From positions 23,560,001-23,624,000 of the forward strand of contig OX597842.1 of the NCBI GenBank assembly GCA_951406725.2: DNA of 64,000 nucleotides. The letters run 5' to 3'. This document shows, in pieces, positions 58,360 through 64,000 of this stretch. The stretch comes from Octopus vulgaris (lineage: Eukaryota). Positions within the stretch are counted from its first letter, which is position 1. The number at the start of each line of letters is the position of its first letter. The notes below the pieces were generated by a model. That model had not been told where the DNA came from. It saw only the letters and a program-made list of their open reading frames with translations, and ran no database searches. The position numbers and the translations under genes are program-made.

Positions 58360-59896
58360 AGGACTGGATTTATTCCTATTCAAGTTTGACCTCATCAACT
58401 TTAATTTCATCATTAACAATTTGATATTAATGAACCCCAACTTCAATATCACGTATGTATCTAAATATATCAACACAGAGATGACTTTGGTTTCTGAAGA
58501 GGATTGTGCTGGATTTTTGAGGAATTTGTTCTAAGAGAATAATGGAATGGGAATAAGGAATAAAATTTTTAAGTGATGTTGATTTTGTCTTTGTTGTGTT
58601 TTCATCATCATCATCATCCTCCTTTAAATTTTTCTATGCAAAGTGTTACAAGGGAAAGTGTTACAAGGGCTGTCAAGCCAGAGTGCTGTTCCAGATTCCA
58701 GTGAGATTTGGTTTGCTTTCTTTGGCTGTATGCCCTTAAGATACATGGTGTATTTTATAAATATGCCTGTTCATGTATCATAACAGCCTGAAACTAGTAG
58801 TAGCTCTCTCGGTTATGTATTTAATTTAATATGTGTGTTTGTGAACACAGTGACAGTCTGATGACGAAAATAAGTGTATACAAATCTCGTATTTTGAGTC
58901 TGGGGCAGAAGCATGGACTCCCTTTTACAGAGAAATAAAAAAAAAACTTGAAACTTGTCACATGTACTGTTTGTGCAACAAAATAGCAAGATAAGACATC
59001 AAATGTCAAAATCTTAGAAATATGTGGTATGTCCAGATTCCAAAGCGTGTTGATGAGAATTCAGTGCAGATGGTTAGGACATGTTTTTCAAATGAAAAAT
59101 GGCTGCATTAAAAAAAATTCTTCTTTACGGCCAAAGAATGGAGGGATATCATGGCAGAGGAAGACCTGTCCTTAGGTATAAGGATTAGCTGAAGCAATCA
59201 GTAAAATCTCTAGAGTTTGATTTGACATGTTGGGAAAGTCATTGCCTGGATCCACTTCCATGGTGTAATATTTCTGGATCTAGACAAATGGGAAAGCATA
59301 ATTGTATCTTAAGAGCCTTCATAAAAGTTTTGCTTTAGATGTTGTGTATTGGTATGTATTGCCAGATACAATTTGGTTTCTTTCTCTAACATTTTACACA
59401 TTTTAGGGAACCTACATCCGTTAATTTGTGAAAAACTAAATAGGAATTTTGAAAGTAAGTATGAAACTAGTTTTTAAACCTCAAATGGCTATGGGTGTCC
59501 ACCAGAATAGAATACTACTCAAAGGGGTCCATAGTTAAAATATGGTGGTAAAACCCCTTGTTTAAATTACTGATGGTATTTGTCTTTACAGTGTATAGCT
59601 GATTGAAAAGAAGTAAAAAACACACAAACAAACTTTTTCTCCTGATTATTTTTGTGTATAGCTTAAGAAAGCTATACAGTGAGAAATAGTAAGAATGACC
59701 CCGATCAGTACTCCCATGTATCAATGGGTGGAAGGCAGCGTCATATGTTCGATGGGTGAGTAACCCTTTCGATGATCTGAAGGAGATATCAAAGGGAATG
59801 TCGCCCCTCCCACCACAGAATGGACAGTTACGAAACGGTCTAGAGAAGCAGAATGCTTTGGATCGGTTTTGAGTGTGGGGTAATGACAGAGGAAAC

Positions 59897-59935
59897 GACG
59901 TCAAAAGGGACCGGAAGTGCGATGGTACGTCAAGT
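59897..59935 (+). promoter_or_regulatory. CRE + ETS promoter module upstream of type B copy 3
   Basis: GACGTCA at 59897-59903, ACCGGAAGTG at 59910-59919, plus a second ACGTCA. Confidence 0.6.
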
Positions 59936-61186
59936 GGTCACACGTTGAAGACAGATTCCTTCTTACGGTATCTGTGACGGGGTCAAGTCGTATACTGAAA
60001 ATGGTCATAGAGGAGAATACATGAGTACTCGGCGTAACTTCGGTATAAGTACCGCATACATTTCAAGAAAGTGTTTTTTTTTATATATGGGGGGTAGGGA
60101 GGGGGGAGAAAAGGGTTTCTGTTAGCTTCAGAAATGTAAACAAAGTCACGTATGTACCTATACCGAAGGATCGCCTGAGTACTCTTTGTTGAAATAATCT
60201 GGTGTAAATTTGAAAAATTCTTGAAGGCGAAGTGGTTGATAGAAAATCACTGGAACGAAATCAACCAGTCAGTGAAGGCATCTAGTGGAGAATTAAAGAA
60301 ATACAATCATATGAAGGGAAGTAACTTCTACAAAACTTGTTTTACAAGCTCCGTGTTAAACATTAATTAAGGTGCTTAATTAGCGATCACTGACTCGTTT
60401 GTTCAAATCTGAATACGATAAGTTGAGAAATATTTACTTGAAGACTATAATGGTTTTAATACTACTAATAATAATGTCAATAATAGAATTCTGTGAACCT
60501 CTCGATGTTACAGTAATAATTTTTCGAAGCGGGCACCTGACGATAATTAGGAAAATATATTTCTTCGACTTAATTAATAACTTTGAAGCTGAAATGTTGA
60601 TTTGTTGTTTATAAAATACTATGACCGACTGTTACATGTGATAGAACTGAAACTAATTGGTAAAATGAGAATAAAACAGCGTAATTAATTAGTAGAATGT
60701 GAGGAGTCCGATTGAAGAATTCCACATTAATATATGTTATCCTTTTGTTTATGAGGCATTGATAAAACGGTAAGTTGATAAAGATTTAATGTAATGTTAT
60801 ATTAATAATAGTAATGATGATGATGATTTCAAAACTGGCCCAGGGTCAGCAATGTTTAATGCGAGCGATAAGTCGATTGCATGGGTCCCGGTTTTTTCCC
60901 GAAAGAGATGAAAGAAAAATCGATCTTATCCGTATTTGAACTCAGGACTTTCCGCCGAGGTTGGCTTTGTATTTCATTCCATTCCGTGTGAAGAAAATAA
61001 TAATGATGATGATAATAGTAATCTTTTGATAATTAAAACAATAATCATTTGTGCTTTTGACCTGAAAATTGGCGGGAAGGCATAAGTGAATTACATGGAC
61101 CCTAGTACTTGATTGCTTCTTATTTTTTCTACCTGGAAATGATGAAAGGCGACCTTGATGTGATTTGAACTTTGAGTGTAATGATG

Positions 61187-61781
61187 CGATCTTTTCACTT
61201 TGACCGGCAGATTTTTAAAGTAATTTCTATGCAACTAAAAGAATTTTAAACTTCGTATACTGGTAGAATGTGTTTATAAAACATCTTTTTCTCTTGGCTT
61301 TCTTGAGAAAATTCTGTATTTGTAACATATTTGTTTTATTTCTGGCATTTCGGCAATTTCAACCAATCAATGATGTATATTGTGTTGAAAACATTTTCTG
61401 GCGGCGTTGTATGAAAATGTCCCTGTTACATATTATATATTCGTTTAAGAAATAGATTGGGTTTATTTAGATTTCTGAAGAAAAAAAGATACCTTTGCCC
61501 CCAACCCTAACCTTAAAACAGATTGAAATGCAATAGATCGATACTAGGGTCATAATTATGGGTGGACACTAAAGAGGGAATCGTTTTCACCTCAATAGAC
61601 GTCATTGATTGGTTGAAATTGCCGAAATGCAAGAAATTAAACAACAAATATGTAACAAACTATAGAATTTTCTCAAGAAAGCCAAGAGAAAAAGATGTTT
61701 TATAAACACATTCTACCAGTATACGAAGTTTAAAAGTGTTTAGTTACATAGAAATTATTTTTAAAATCTGCGAAAAGATCC
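61187..61781. mobile_element. Fold-back MITE, paralogous copy with internal deletion
   Basis: Same element; the TAATGATG TSD is retained on both sides. Confidence 0.85.
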
Positions 61782-62495
61782 TAATGATGTGTAGGGCATT
61801 GCCCATGGGCTCATCGCAGACAACATGAAGACCGGGACCTTCACTGCTGGATAGCTAGCGAGCTGGTCCAGAAAAGGGAATTCCGGTCAGCAACATGAAG
61901 TCTTAAATCAAACATTTTTCCGAAAGGTAGAGGTGAAGTGTGTAGTAAACTTGTGTGGGTATACCAATGTTTCAACACCTCAATGAACTCTGACCCCTGT
62001 AAACATTGACATTAAATGGCTGACAGTGTTCATGTAATATTTACAATGTTGAATTACTATGTCACTTAACTATCCTCTTTATCTTACTGTTTCTTTTTCT
62101 ATTTCAGAATATCACATCATGTTGACATAAAAGGAATTACTTCGTTCAGATGTGCCTTTGATATTTTTATCAACTTTCATCAACTAAAGGAAGACAATAT
62201 ATTTATAAGGAGCCTTCATCTATACATCAACGTTTCTATATAAATATAATATATGACAAACAACAGCGAAATATTTTTCTTGTCTTCACTGTCTGGAATG
62301 TAGAGGAGGTGTTTGCTTTACAAGTTTGGATAACTTTACAAACGAGTTGACAGTTTTCACCTGTTGATTTAGGTATTAAGTAAGTTCACACATGAAAGAA
62401 AGATTAACATTAAATTATTCTTTGAGAATAGTGATCCAACTTCACACAAACATATTCATAGAAAGAAAAAGAAAAGCAATATTATTGTGATATAT

Positions 62496-63482
62496 ATGAC
62501 AAATTATCCTGTCATAATGAATAATTTAACGGAACCTAAAAACTCTGATACAAGAGAGAAACCATATTTCTGTGATGTCTGTGGAAAATCATTCTCTCGA
62601 AAAATTCACGCGACCGTTCACAAACGTATTCATACAGGAGAGAAGCCATATCGTTGTAATATCTGTGGTGTATCATTTTCTAGTAATAGTGACTTGACTG
62701 TCCATAAACGTGTTCATACAGGAGAGAAACCATATCATTGTGATATATGTGGCAAATCATTTTCTCGTAATAATGACTTGACTAAACATAAACGTACTCA
62801 TACAGGGGAAAAACCATATCATTGTGATATCTGTGGTAGATCATTCTCTTGTAGTAGCCACTTGTCTAAACATAAACGTATTCATACAGGAGAGAAGCCA
62901 TATCGCTGTGATATCTGTGGTAAATCATTTTCTTGTAATAGTGACTTGTCTAAACATAAACGTATTCATACTGGAGAGAAGCCATATCACTGTGATATCT
63001 GTGGTAAATCATTTTCTTTTAATAGTGACTTGTCTAAACATAAATGTATTCATACTGGGGATAAACCATATCGTTGTGATATCTGTGGTAAATCATGTTC
63101 TTGTAATAGTGACTTGGCTAAACATAAACGTATTCATACTGGAGAGAAGCCATATCACTGTGATATTTGTGGTAAATCATTCTCTCAAAGAAGTCACTTT
63201 TCCATTCACAAACGTACTCATACAGGAGAGAAGCCATATCGTTGTAATATCTGTGGTGAATCATTTTCTTATAATAGCAATTTAACTCGACATAAGCGTA
63301 TTCATACTGGGGAAAAACCATATCGTTGTGATATCTGTGGTAAATCATTTTCTGATAATAGCACTTTATCTCAACACAGGCGTATTCATACAGGAGAGAA
63401 GCCATATCATTGTGATATCTGTGGTAAAACATTCTCTCGAAGAAGTCACTTGACTTTCCATAAACGTATTCATACAGGATAG
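62496..63482 (+). CDS. C2H2 zinc-finger-only protein, type B copy 3 (11 fingers)
   Basis: ORF track 62487..63482, ATG at 62496. Acceptor ends at 62107. The last fingers parallel those of the 23597 gene. Confidence 0.93.
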   Translation: MTNYPVIMNNLTEPKNSDTREKPYFCDVCGKSFSRKIHATVHKRIHTGEKPYRCNICGVSFSSNSDLTVHKRVHTGEKPYHCDICGKSFSRNNDLTKHKRTHTGEKPYHCDICGRSFSCSSHLSKHKRIHTGEKPYRCDICGKSFSCNSDLSKHKRIHTGEKPYHCDICGKSFSFNSDLSKHKCIHTGDKPYRCDICGKSCSCNSDLAKHKRIHTGEKPYHCDICGKSFSQRSHFSIHKRTHTGEKPYRCNICGESFSYNSNLTRHKRIHTGEKPYRCDICGKSFSDNSTLSQHRRIHTGEKPYHCDICGKTFSRRSHLTFHKRIHTG

Positions 63483-64000
63483 AAACCATATTGTGATATC
63501 AGTGGTAAATCATTCTCTTAAAGAGGTGTCCTAATTAAACACCAGTGCAAGATAGAAACCATATCATTGTGATATATGTGGTAAATCATTCTCATACAAT
63601 GGTGACTTCACTAATTATAAGCATATTCATACTGGGGAAAAACAATATCACTGTGATATCTATGGTAAATCTTTCTCTCAAAAACGCCATTTATGTACAC
63701 ATGTGAGTATTCACACAAAAGTGCAACCATTCAGTATTAATCTTTATTACAACATTTATGGCTATTTTTATCTCTTCAAATATGATGTTATTGACTTCAA
63801 TTTCAATAATGTCAACATCAAATTCATGAATGTCATGTATATATATGGAAGTATATCAACAATGCCTTTGATTTCTGAAGATGATTGCTCTGGATTTTTG
63901 AGCAATTTGTTTTGAGAGAATAAAGAAACGGGAATAATGAATAAAAGGTTACACTGAAGTTGATTTTGTGTATGTGTTTTCATCATTGTCGCTGTTATCA

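Overview
AT-rich eukaryotic genomic DNA, very probably from an octopus/coleoid cephalopod (inferred from the SINE families and gene content; not verified). The whole window is part of a tandem cluster of + strand genes made only of C2H2 zinc fingers (TGEKPY linkers, no KRAB/SCAN/BTB/SET domain visible). Five have long intact ORFs (2202, 12167, 23597, 36485, 62496), four are disrupted (32892, 45810, 49670, 57143) and three are deletion remnants (20200, 30914, 44457). They fall into three paralog types repeated in roughly A/D-C-B order. Each unit has a recognisable promoter block, non-coding 5' exon(s) and one large coding exon. The space between genes is filled with SINEs, Merlin-like MITEs, a Merlin (IS1595-family) transposase relic, Helitrons, piggyBac MITEs, a solo LTR, Penelope-like fragments and LINE relics. 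Main points of interest: (1) paralog differences concentrate at the DNA-contacting finger positions and arrays gain and lose fingers like a minisatellite; (2) two copies of a type I hammerhead ribozyme with an unusually long stem II; (3) a 29-bp target-site duplication in a MITE family that otherwise makes 8-bp TSDs; (4) a CTCF/YY1-like motif at the same position in seven promoters; (5) a solo LTR bringing ETS and NRF1 motifs into one promoter; (6) repeated deletions that fuse parts of neighbouring genes. All alignments and counts were done by eye.
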